Part shown: piece by piece, positions 37,234-49,650 of the stretch
Layout: every line of letters begins with the position of its first letter
How positions within the stretch are numbered: position 1 is the first letter of the stretch
NCBI GenBank assembly: GCA_964187785.1
Contig: OZ076409.1
Location: forward strand, 47,308,001-47,372,000
DNA from: Amphiscolops sp. MND2022
Taxonomy: Eukaryota
DNA: 64,000 nt
Direction: 5' to 3'
Position numbers and translations under genes: made by a program
Notes under the pieces: generated by a model
Seen by the model: the letters and a program-made list of their open reading frames with translations, nothing else
Databases searched by the model: none
Told to the model about the DNA's origin: nothing

Positions 37234-40200
37234 TTACTCTTTACTATTTACCTCGCGGAGCTCTTTAACTGCTTTTGAAACTTCCTCACGGGGAATATCG
37301 CCAAAGTAGGCACGCTTCTTTGATTTCCCTGGTGTAGGGATAACAACGCGTTCTTCCATGGTGGAAAGAGAAGACGGAGCAGGACGAGTAAGCGGTTGAT
37401 CATCGGCAGACTGGGAGAGAGACTGGCAAGCGGCACTCAGCTCCTTGAAATTTTCGCTTCGTCCAAAAGAGTTCACATGGACCCTTGGTTCCCCGGCCAC
37501 ATTTCCTGAACTAAAGCGGGTTCGGAGGCTGCGATACTTCTCCATAGCTTCATCAGTTGTACAGGTGGCTGCAGAACTAACACCATTGGCAACATAAGAC
37601 TGAGCGGGAAGCATCAAAGGGGCAAGTCGACATCGGGGGTGAGAAAAGTTGGCTCCCTGGATGCGAATAGGAGGAAGCTCGGGACTTGACACAGTCAGGC
37701 ACAAGCAGCACAAGCGGAAGAGATAATACAAGTGCCTACGACCACGGAGTGCCGGGATGGGAAGTAGCAGATAGATCATATCACCCATTAAGTTCGGCTT
37801 GTCAATGAACTCCTTGTATGTGATTCGAAAGAAATCCACAAACTCTAGGTATTCATCGCGGGTATCGGTCTCAGAGGAAGCTTCTACCCACCCTCGTAAC
37901 TGGAAGCAATTGATTAAGGACAAAAAACACTGGGAGACCCTCTCGAATGGCTGGAACAACAAAACGTGAGGCTCGTAGGAAGGACATACCCTGGACGATA
38001 TCCATTGTAATTCTGACGTCCTCTTAGGGCATCGTCCAGCAAGGAAACAACGTAGCTGCGAGCACCGGCGATAAATTCTTCCTTTACTGTTTCCATCAAT
38101 TTCTCTAGAGGCGTGGTCCCATCCTTAAAGTCATGAAAGACTCTCTCAAATCTGGTCCGGCAAGGTCCATCTAAATCAGTTTTGAGTTTCAACCGAGTCA
38201 AGAAGTCTCGGCTTGAAAGTTGGCGCTGGTCCTCAAGGGCCAGGTAGATAAGGCCAAACCAATCTGTCTCAGCTGGCAAATTCTTGGGTAGGATTGCCCG
38301 GTAACAAAGTTTCCGGATGTAGCAACTCAGCTGTCCAAAGTTGAAGAAATTAGTGTCGCGTTTTCCACTAATGCTTCGCTCGAAACACTTTATGTCTAAA
38401 CAAGACAAAGCAGTTAAAACTGGGGACAAGGCCTAGTTAGGATCAGGTGAGAACAAAGTCTGCAAAGAAACTGCGACAAAACCGACTGAGGGTTTATACC
38501 AAATCTAAGGACTGTGGCAATGAATACTAACAATCGCGGACTATGCGGGAGAAGAACTCCAGTTTCACCACAAAGAACTCGTCCATCATGATCATCCACT
38601 CAAGGCTTTGGAGCTAAAATAGAATAGAAGACAGAGTGACCTTTTCCCATAATGCACCTAGGGAACCTAACGCTACCCACAAAGCCTTGTTATCAAGGTT
38701 GAAAAGATGGAAATATTACCCTGTTACGAACTCCTTGCATTATCTGGGAAGTTGCCTGTTTTGTAATGTAGTCCAGGATGGAAGACCAGTTTGCAACAAG
38801 CTCTGCACAAAGAGCTGGAAGGGTCACCAAATCGTAATCGCGTATCGTAAAACACAATAAGGAAACGGAGCTGTGAACACAGTAGAATTGGCCCAAAGAT
38901 ATTGCCTCCTGTTTGTCGCAACAAAGGTGTGAAAGTGCGGGGGTTGAACAGAAAAGAGTAAAGGACCCCGTGGGCGAAAAGGCCTGAACGGTCCAATGTC
39001 TCGATAATGACTGAAGGACATCCTGAGATGCTGACTAGACTTGAACTGGAGGAAAGCAAAGATAACACACGGGTCATAGAGGACAGGAATTATGCAGGGG
39101 ACTCCTCGGTCACTTCGTGGCGAAATAATTGTACCTTGGTCAAGAAATCATCATGCCAGTATCTGATGGAAAGGTAGCGATGCGTTCCTTTTTGTATCAA
39201 ACTCGAGAGAAAACATGCCCGTCCTGGCCACTTGGGCAGAGATATCCTCAACTCCGAAGGTGAAATTGTGCTGGAAGATGGTCTGAAAAGAAAAATACGA
39301 TTCAGTCTGCAACCAAGTAACGCCTAGATGGGCCGAGAGAAATTAGAAACTTACTATGAGTGTTGCAGAGTCCCAAGCAAAGTCAGCGAAGAGCGTTTGA
39401 TTGTTCATGAATTATCCTACTCTGCCCCATACGGTCTGCAAACATCTTAGATTTCCATCACTAAGTACGAATTTACAAATTAAAGAAATCTGGCCAGCTT
39501 GTCTGTGTTCCTCTGGGTTACCTAAGGCGTGCTGATTGGCACGGAAATCGTCGTAGAAGGGCATTTTGTCACCGATGTCCACCAATGGCGCAATGATGAA
39601 TAAAGGCAGTTGCGAGCTCTAATGGAGTGAGTATGTGTCCATCCTTTCCCCTAACGTCGTGAAGGACCTCCCCGGTAGTATTGTCAACTGTCCCAAGGTG
39701 TTCATAACGCCAGCGTTGATCTTTACGGAGATGGCTCTCTTTCTGATAATGGCGCAGGCGCTCTCGGGCCCCTTTTGAGTAAATAGACACATTGGTCTTA
39801 CATATTTGGCAGTAAAGTTTTATTGGTTATGTAAGGGATCTAACGGTCCAGTCACGAAGATCTTGGTCCATTTTATGCCTTTGAAGTAGGCATCTTTTAT
39901 CATTTTGCTTGGCCTACACATCATACGTTGCCTCTTGCGGGGTGGAATTGGCACGACGAAAGAGGCCTATGGTCGTTGCTGCTGTGGCCGCTCGCTGAAC
40001 TAGGTCTCGGATTTTCAGTGTCGGGACAAGCTGGGTTGCCTGGTGTTTCGGGCTCCGGGGTTCGAGCGGTAGAGGTAGTTGGTTCTGCATCTCTACAATA
40101 GACTACACTCCGTGGATCATCGTCGGAGTTTATAGCCCCACTTGTATACTCATCACTAGTTTGGCCATCATCGGTACTGAAGGACTGAAAACGTGAAGTT

Positions 40201-41019
40201 GCTGCAGCCTTTTTCAATTGTTTCCCTGACTTGTCGGTCACTTTTCGACTTTGGGCTTGTAGGAGTAACGATTTCATCATTTGGAAACTAGAAATGACGC
40301 TCTCATCGGCTTAAGTACGCAGGACCTGGTGCATCTGCGATTCACTGAATGCAATAGTTTGGTGGCCAATGGGCAGTTCTATGGGCTTGTTGGCAGAAAA
40401 GTATTTGCTGATGGTAGCCATTTCGGTCGCAGATAACTCTCGAGGCGTGGACGCCAAGGTTTTTCTGTTTTGGGCCTGTTCAACGTCGTTATGGCAAGCT
40501 TCACTGTGCAGGTCGCCTACGAAGGCAGGAAATGAACTAGTTCCAGAGGTAGTAGCACGAGCTTGTTCGGCATCGGCAGCAACTCCAGAGCTATCATAAA
40601 GCTCGTCCAAATCACTGGAGTCTGTCTGCAATAACTCTCGGAGGGTAGTCTTTCTCCCTCCTGTGACAATGTCCTGACTGGATTTTTATCAGTTCGTCCA
40701 GAGCTACTCGCTGTCACAAGAGTTAAAGGATCGGACACAGAAACTTTCTCTCCTGGGCCATCAGATGAAGAGGGCAGTTCCGCTGACGTCTCTTGTGCCT
40801 CGGCGTCTTGAGTAGTGTGGTCAGGAGTCATGGCAGTGAGGGTTCGCTCCACAAATGTTGTTATGCTTTCATCAGTTGACCCACTACTGGGCTTGTGACG
40901 GTTTCTTGCCTAGTGTTGGCAGCTGCGTTTGTGGACTCACTCTCAAGATTAGTGGAGCCACACAGGTCCTCTTCGCCAACTGTGGTAATTTTGGGGATCT
41001 CTTTTTCTTCAGTGGACAT
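37234..41019 (-). pseudogene. Antisense spliced ORF in element 2: hAT-transposase-like protein with zinc finger, about 1,240 codons, decayed
   Basis: Chain of minus-strand frames from MSTEEKE (41019) to the stop at 37234. Disordered acidic N-terminus, then YCQICKTNVSIYSKGARERLRHYQKESH, then FSLEFD...YLSIRYW. A GTAAGT...TTTTCAG intron lies at 39354-39283. Confidence 0.7.
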
Positions 41020-42122
41020 ATCTAGGAAAATGTCACCAAATAAGCGGAAGTTCCTGTGCATGAAGGTGCCCTTGTTTACCGCATTTAAAATCTTCCGGAA
41101 CTTAATTGAAATGATCTCTATTAGAGAAGAGTGACTTGTGAGTCAAAACAAAATAAAAGGGACAGGAAGTCAATGAACGAGACGGAAGCCCTGATCAAGC
41201 TCATTTCCGTTCAAAACGAAAATTGAAACCAAAAACTAACCATACGAAATGGGCATGAGGTTGAAAAATCTGATTTTGCATTTGGGACGACGTTGTCTGA
41301 AGGACCAGCAAGGTACACTGTGCTGTAGGAGATAGGGATAGTCTGAATAATGGCTCTTCGTCTCAAGGGAAATTGGACCGCCTGGGCTGCCGTTCCAGAA
41401 AGGCTGACTCGTTGATGAGGGGAAACAACAAAGCGACTAATAAAAAAACTATATAAAGAATGTACTGATATGAATGACTGATTTAACAATGATAAAACTG
41501 GAATTTTTGAAAAGTGCGAAAATTGGAGTTCGTGGCAACCTGAAATTGATGTCAAATATTTATACATTTATGCAATTATTTTGTGGATGGCATCTGCCAG
41601 GAAAATCCACATCGGTCGTATTTCAATATATTTCAATTAGTAACATTTTATTTTTCACAGTTATTTCCGTTATTTCCTTGTTTGGATTGTTATTTATCAA
41701 ACCATCGTATTGGAGGAACTTAGCGCTAGTGGAGTCTTATTGGCTGTTGGGGTTTCATTGACACGTGAGGCCTACAACCGTATTGATGGCTACTTGAAGT
41801 TTTCAAGTGGTGTGTAAGAGAAGAAAAACACTTAACGAAGCCCTTCAGGACTACTAGCAAATTGAGTCAGGCAAATTGATGAAGATCACTAGTCAACAAA
41901 AGAAAAGCGGCAAGCCTCAGAGACTGTTTAGGAAAGCTTCACGGATGAGGCGCGGGTCACGGGAAACAAAACCCGGGAAATATAAAGCGGGAGTGAAAGG
42001 AAACCTATCTCGAAGCCGGGTAGAGGAAAGCTTCGTTCAACTATTGTTTCTTGAACTGAGCAGTTGCTTCCATAATACTTCAAATCTTAGTCAAAATTGC
42101 AAAAATCATAAAAGAAAAATTC

Positions 42123-42965
42123 ATGGCTGCCTTATATCCAGAGGACTTCCAAGGTGCAGCGTCCTCAGGAGACGATATCATTATTATATCTAGTGACGAA
42201 GATGAACTTATGGACAGCCTGAGCCTAACATCGGTGTTTGATTTACAACTCTCATCTGAAGGAGAGGAAGAAGACGAAGAAAATAATCTGATGGCTAAAT
42301 GCGTTGAGATGGAAATGTCAGCGCCAACCCCCATCCCAGGACCATCTTATGCAGTAAGAGCCAAGGAGGAAGTTGGCCTGCCATGGCTTCCAGAAAATGA
42401 AATGCAGACGAGGCCGGTCACACCAAGACCGATGTTCGATCCCTCTTACTTCTCTTTAGGAAGACAAGAGAGATGACAGGCTCAGGGATGGTCGTCCTAT
42501 TACATGATGCAGAAATTTAGTCCCGATGATAGACACCCCTTTGTCTCCTCCACCGCAAGAGAGAGGACCGACCGATGACATACGTCCTACAGTGTTTTGT
42601 GACGCTCATGGCGATCAACACCAAAGGCCTGATCGAAGTCTGGAATCAATCACGAAACACTTCCAAGGAATGGGACTAAGCGGGACTAACTCACTAGCTG
42701 GTTATTCTGACTGCGTAATATGTGGAAAGCTGTCGAACAGGTCAAAGATGAGGCAGTCACTGACTATCTACACAGAACTGCAATTCCTAACCAGTCTCTA
42801 CAGCAATTCGATGCGAGGAGGTTGGTTTTCCTAGAAGGGATGGAAATTGGTACTTTTCTATTACTCCCAGGAGGAGTGTCGCAGGCTGCCGCGGGTGACG
42901 GCAATCTGTACACGATTGACTCAAGCCGACAATACGCCCTGCTGGGCACATTGCCACTACAATGA
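42123..42965 (+). pseudogene. Accessory ORF3 of element 2 (acidic, SIM-like IIIISSDEDE, Cys/His cluster)
   Basis: Three consecutive frames broken by a stop and frameshifts. Preceded by TATAAA near 41980. The 3' end is conserved in the related copy at about 47370-47455 (minus strand). Confidence 0.6.
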
Positions 42966-45964
42966 AATTTTCAAACTGCTAGTAAAAATTTTGGAACTTT
43001 TACATATGTTGTTTATAATAATTTGCATGCAAATATAGTGAATCATATAATATGTTCAATATTTGAGAGCAAGTTCTACTGACAGGCAGAAAGAAAACGA
43101 GTTCAAATGTCTGCCTGATCAGTATAGCTAGCATGGCCGGCCGTGGCATAATAGCCAATCAGGGCTCTTCATTCATTTACCGCTGCTTTAATTTATAGTG
43201 CACTACAAATACTCAATTGGAATGGACGCACAAGGCAATATGGCTTTGCTGGTCCTAATATGTGAATTGGTTGATGCTGTATTATTTCACACCATTTGGT
43301 TGCGAAATTATGCCTTACACGATAGTCAGACATGCAAGTCGTGTATGAATGTACATGTAGTGTTGCGATATAAATGAAATGTTCATGGTTGCTATGATAC
43401 GTTTATTAATAATCAAAGCGGACTAAAGTAATCATTTGATCCTTTGTGTTTTGAAGCTGTACGCAATGCAATCAGTAAAGGACAAACAGGGCATTCTCTT
43501 ACCGGTCTCATCCAATCAAACCAAATTTGGTGATGTAGTGATACAAATTTAAGCCCAACATGGTCAACAGGCCAAGTGTGGTTTACATGAATTGAATTAC
43601 ATGAAATCACAAACATGTAAAACAGTACTATTTTAACTGTGCTGTATTATACGCCCTACGCGGCTACGCGTCAGTGCCCCCCCCACTGTGCGTAGCACGT
43701 TGCCCTTTGATCTTGCCGCTCCGCTAGTCGAAGTGACGTCATGTATTCCTTCAACCAGGAGACAAAAGGTGAAAGCTAGAAAGTCAGGGGAATTGGATAT
43801 GTTATCTTATTACGGTAACATGGATTCAATGTTAGGAGACGGAAATTCAAACTCTATAGAAAGAGAATTAGACATTTTCATTAATGGCACAGAGGGGCTA
43901 CAAGATCTTCAGACTTTCCCAAATATGGAAACTTCATCTCAAGAGAATGAGATTAGAGATATCAGTAATCGAAATGAGCCTGTTAGAGAAGGCAGACTAA
44001 TAAAGGTAATTAATATGCTGTCTGGGGAGATGAATGCTAGAATGTCTCGGGAAGTGAGACTATGATGGACATTATGCAAACTCAGATCAGTAGGGCTATA
44101 AACTCTGCTATTTGTGAGAGAATATTACCTCAGATACAAAACATGATGGAAAAGTCACCTTTGGCCCAACAAGGCATTGAACCCTGTTTGTCTTTAAATG
44201 AAGATGGTATTGGAAACGTGTGGAAAAATACAAAACATACAAAGAAGGACTCTAGGTTCGCTTGTGACCTGAGAGATCATACGGACACTACCCCTCACAT
44301 TTGCTTTGTTTGAATATTTTTAGACATTTTTGGTAATATAAAGTTTTCGAGAAGCTTGAGAAGATAACTGAGTTTTCAGCAAGCTTTTAGAAGAAAGTTT
44401 CCTCAGAATGACCCCAAATTTGCGAAAAACACTGAAATTTTGTAATTCTTCTAATGAGTTTTCTGTATGAATTTTGAGCAAATTCCTTGATCCAAATGAT
44501 TCAAAAACTCTGTAGTGAATAAATTTGGTATCTAGTAGGCGTTTTTGAAGAGGTAAATACAATTTTTTGTCGGAATTGGCCTTAGAACACCACAAAACTC
44601 AAAAAAACGTTTTTTGACACAATAACTCCAAATTTTGTTCGAATAACGAAATATTTCTGTAGATTAGAGCATCCTTTGACCTGAACCCTGAACGTTGGAA
44701 CAAGACGGAATTCGAAATGCAGTTTGTGGTTGAAAGTGGGATAGAGTTCCTCACATTTAACAACGAAGGCGCCAAAAATTCAGAATTCTCCTAATTTGTA
44801 ACATAGACCCAGTTTTAACGCTTCCTAAAAATTTCTTTCAATCAAAAAGCCCAAAGCTTCAAAACGTGTAGCTACCGGTAGTGTTTTGGAAAGATATCGA
44901 GCAATTATTCTAGCGGAACGTCCCGAAAATGTTACTTGAAAGCGTAAAATTTATTCGAACTTTTCTGTCAAACATACAATTTTCAAAAAACTCCATGCAA
45001 AATCACTAGGTATGGAGTTCGTTTTTCAAAAAACTGATTCTTGCAGTTCCCCAGGTAGGTAGAAAGCTAAAGAAAGATCCAAAAATCGAGAATGTTTCGA
45101 TTAGATTTTTTAGATGAGACATCTGTAGTTTCATCATGTGAAGGACACTAGCTCCAATCTTTTACCCTTTTGCCGAAATTAACCCCAAGAAAGACGCGCA
45201 AACTAAAAAGAGACTCGCAAACTAATTTTTCTCCAACAGGAAAAACAAAGAATCCATTTTTTGAATTTTTTCGGTAATGTCCCATAGTGCTGCAAAACGT
45301 TTCAGCTCGCAAAACTTCTCAGGTCAAAATCATTTTTGAAAGTGAGGGTCACCTTTCGACCAACGAAGGTTTCGGAAAGACGTACAGATTCGAAAAAAAA
45401 ATTCGGAAAGTCGTACAGACTGGAAAAATTACTTTTCTCAAGCAAGCCGCAATCAGTTAAAAAGCAAGGGAGCATCCTTCGACTAAATGAAAGTTTCGAA
45501 AAGACGCACAGAGCCGAAAAAACTGAAATGAGGTTTTTCCACAATCAATAAGAAAACTCATCACTTGCACAGGATCAAAATCAAACAAAGAGATCAACCT
45601 CCAGGCTCGGCAAACATATTTCCTCTACTGAAAACCACAAAAACTTGACATTTAAAACAAATTCGGTAAATGATCTCGGGAAAGTTTTTAAAAATTTTTC
45701 CTAACTCGGTAAATCGCACAGGACCCAAAAAACGAACATTGGCCAGCTTTGCTTGCAAAACGCTGTAGTTTTTGCTGAGAAACGAGGGATGGAGTTTAGG
45801 TCTGCAAAATAGTGTAAAAAAAGTCGTATAGTCCCGAAGAAGTTTTAAAGGTGGAAACTTGGGTCTTCTCCTACTTTCCCATTAAATTTTTTTGTTTTCA
45901 ATGGCTATTGTTGAGCCTCAAATTTATGTTGTTGTGAACTGTTAAGAGTGGATTGAATGATATC

Positions 45965-47460
45965 TGTAAGGAACAAAGTGCGTATCTTTTCTGAGATCAC
46001 AAGTGGACCTTGAGTCTTTCTTTGTAAATTCCATGTTTTTGGTTTTCCAAGCATTAGCAATATTATACCCAGTTAAAGCCGTACACGGCTCTGGGCCATT
46101 GCGACTTAAAGCCAAACTTCCCATTGTATTTTGTATTTCAAGAATGATTCTATCAATAATAGCGGACCTTTTTGCCCTATTGATCTGCGACGGCCTTAGA
46201 TCCATCAACGAATCCGTTTCTCGAGAAAGTCTTTCATTCATTTCATCAAACAATATGTTAATAGATTCCGAAAGTCCTTCTGGTCTGATTGACCCGTTCC
46301 TATTTTCAATATCTCTAATCTCGTTCTCGGGAGATGAATTTTTTCTATTAGGCAAGGACTGTAGGTCTTGTTGTCCCTCAGTGCAGGTTTTTAGGCTATC
46401 CAGTTCTCTCTCTATAGAATTCGTATTACCTTCATCTAACATGACGTCCATGTTACCGTATTGGGACAATATGTCCCGTTCTTGATTTTCTACATTTTGC
46501 CTTTTGCTTTCTCGTGGAAAGCATGAATACTTGTACAGGAAGAAATTTTCAAATTGTTCCTGTAATCTTAATGTTAAATCCGATTGTACAATGAACACTT
46601 GAACAAAAGCAACTTGTATCGTAGTTTATTTCAATAACTTGTGTCGTCTAATGCCCGGGTTGGGTAGTTATACCTACACGAGCATGACACTCAAGTCTAC
46701 AAGGATCATGTTACTAAAAACAGCACTGAACTAAGAATAGTAACATTTTATCATTCTAATTATAGGAAATGCTGTCATAAATGTTTGCAGGGGAGGCAAG
46801 GTCAAAGGCTTGCGCGGTTGAGGAGCAAGGGGGAGTGACGCATGTCCAAATACGGTCTTGCAACAAATATATCAAATCACGGTTTACACGTTAACACTAC
46901 ATGCATGTTGAATTGGTTAGGTCGCTTTGTCTACCTGGCCGTATTTAGCCTTCCGTAAAATCCATACAAGGGAAGGGTTATTCATAGCAAAATTAGCTCT
47001 TTAGTATTTCATCAATGGAAAGGTCTTATACAAGTAGAGCGCCTTCTAATGAATGATTAACATCAGCTAAATAGAATTGACAAGTAAGGCCAGCCAGGCC
47101 GTGTGACCTTACTCGTCCTTTCCGCGTAAGTATTAGTACAGCTATATAATTAACAAAGAACCAACTAATATCAACTGCGCTGTGATTGGCCAGCTAGCCG
47201 GCGACGGTCTCGTTGAACAGGCAAAACTTTGAACACGTTTCATTTCTGCCTGTCAGTATAGCTTGCTGTCAATTGTTATTTTACATGGTTGAAACACTTA
47301 TGACAATATGCATTGAAAACAATACTATTAAGTTTCAAAATATTAACAGGGATTTGAGAGTTCCAGTCTTTTAAAGGTAGTGTTCCGGGCAATGCGATTT
47401 GACTTGTGTGGTCTATGATATATATGTTGCCATCGCAGGCGGCAGCCTGCGACAATATCA
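45965..47460 (-). mobile_element. 3' end / LTR fragment of a relative of element 2
   Basis: Minus strand ends ...CCTTACA with no PBS after it. Encodes a homolog of the LTR-borne Gag N-terminus (YGNMDVML.EGN.NSIERELD...TKKDSRS.CDLR) and shares blocks with 42870-43720. Confidence 0.85.
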
Positions 47461-49650
47461 GAGATGATAATTCAACCTCGACATCACTTGCACGGTTAAT
47501 TTTAAATACGAATAGTGATATCAGTGAAAAGAGTGAATCACCAGGCCTGGAAAATATTCTTCTTTTTTAGTCGACACAAATTTTGAGGATAGAATGGAGT
47601 CTGGTTGGTGGAAATCAAGACGCTGTAACGATGTGGGAACACAACATAAAACGTTTCCTGGGACTATTTCCTGGGACACAACATAAAACGTTTCCTGGGA
47701 AATATATTAGTTCTCACAGTATGTTTTTATCCATTTACCAAAAACTAGCAAAGAACTACGTAATATGTGTAAAAGATAACGGTTCAAGTCAAATTTTATT
47801 TATGAACAAATGCTTCTGAATGCCAAAGATGAAGGAATAGCTCACAACTAAAATCACTATGGTACCATCCTAACAGAGAAACGTCAACAAGAAACACAGT
47901 TTTTAAAAACTTTTTTCGAAGGCACATACCTTGAAACACAACACTTCGATAATACGCACTTCGATTCAATAGGAAAACATAAGAACGGAGAGTAAATTGA
48001 TGACTACTCAGAAGAAATCAAGACGAAAAGAATGCATTGCAGGAGCTGATTGAGGCTCCAAACAACTCCAAATAATCTGATGTTCCACACATCCAAATAA
48101 TGGAAATATCATGGACCTCAAGCCATGTTCATCCTACTGAAGATTCTCAAATAAATCTGTAAAATGGCAACCTGGCCATGTCTTGAAACAGGTATAGTTT
48201 TCATTACAATGAGGAACAAAGACAACCAAACGATAAGTCCAAATCCATGCGTCCACGATAATTTTCTGAAACAAAAATATAGCAACCATATGCAATATAA
48301 TATATTGACGTTGGAACTTCAAAACAATATGATATCACTTGTACCATTCTAAAAAGCTCTTCAATAGCCAGAGTTAACTGAATTAATTGTACGAGAAATT
48401 TCGAAGTTTTCACTTCCTTCATTAATTGAGTAGCAAAGTCGACCGATTTGTATCTCTACTTGGTTGGGTCTTATTTGTAGGAGTTAACTCTGGTTCCTTT
48501 AGCATACAGAAAAAACCTCATGATGGATGTTTGTGGTTAAATTTACCATCACCATACAAGCGTCTTGATATATAGAATAAATTGAAATAAATAATTTATC
48601 TGGGTTGTTGTTATACACCAAATTATGTAAAAGTATATATGAAAAGCATACATATGGGCAAGATTAAGGCACACAATTACAAGTGTCATATGCTGTCAAA
48701 TAATCAGGGAGGTTCGCAAATAGTACTGGTGGGTACTCTGAACACCTACGTAAACCAAATAAAGCGTAGATAGAGAAGTAAATACCGAAAATAGAAATAA
48801 TCACAGAAAAAGCACAAGTTCCATAAATGGGTCCAAAATCAGGTCAACCAAAGGTGTTTCAAAAAAACTTCCCCCGATTCTATTTTTCTATGGAATAACC
48901 AATTGATATGGTCAAAAAAGGGGGCTAGGCAAAAAACTAGGGTCAAATTTTAAATATTCACAATTTTACAGCACTTTGTTTGAGGTTAATCTGAAGTATT
49001 TTTCGTAAAATTTTTTAAATTAGATGAATATAATATAAACTAAACATAAAACTATAATATAAACTATTATAATATAAACTAGATTAGATGAAATTCTAAG
49101 AAACTTTTATTTCTGATGTTTTTCAACAGATTTCGAGAAAATCGAGCCTAAAATTGCCCCAGGGGGACGTTTTCTCAATCACAGTACTGTATATGACAAT
49201 TGCACTTATTTCCCTTTAATTGTATCGAGTCACGTATGCAAAAATTCTGTATGAATTCTTAGTAGCTGCATCATCGAACATACGGATAAAACTTAAAATG
49301 ACGACTAGCAAAATGGACTCACAAGCGAACGGAATGCTGTGGGGTCCTTGGATAGATGATGTAACGGCAAGCTCTGGTACAGCAATATCAACCGATTTTG
49401 CAACTTTGGCATGTTCAGAAATTTTGTCAAAAATTCTAATCCAATGTGTGACGTGGCACTGAGCATGTGATTGCTCTTTTCGCTGTTTCCACGAAATTGA
49501 CAGGTACTTCGACAACAAAGAGCAATAACGAGCAAAAACACGGGCGCGCCGCCATGAGAGAAGCCAGAGACGGCAAGAACATCTGAAAATAGACTCTTTT
49601 TGATGTGCTAACCCCAGTTTTTTATCGATTTTCAGCATTATGCTACCCTA

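Larger units (their letters stand above)
28508..44299 (+). mobile_element. Large (about 15.8 kb) decayed Ty3/Gypsy element 2 with extra ORFs; 5' LTR truncated
   Basis: Direct repeats at about 28655-29200 and about 43745-44299, both ending ...CCTYACA. PBS T(A)GTGACAGGA at 29201. gag and pol follow, then an antisense ORF and a sense ORF3. No TSD recoverable. Confidence 0.9.

Noticed and set aside
42123..42965. env gene of an endogenous retrovirus
   Set aside because: No signal peptide, furin site or TM anchor; acidic and disordered instead.
47583..48430. Short ORFs, possible retroelement remnant
   Set aside because: No diagnostic motif recognisable.
48720..49192. Possible TIR element bounded by AGTACTG motifs
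   Set aside because: Match too short and no convincing TSD.
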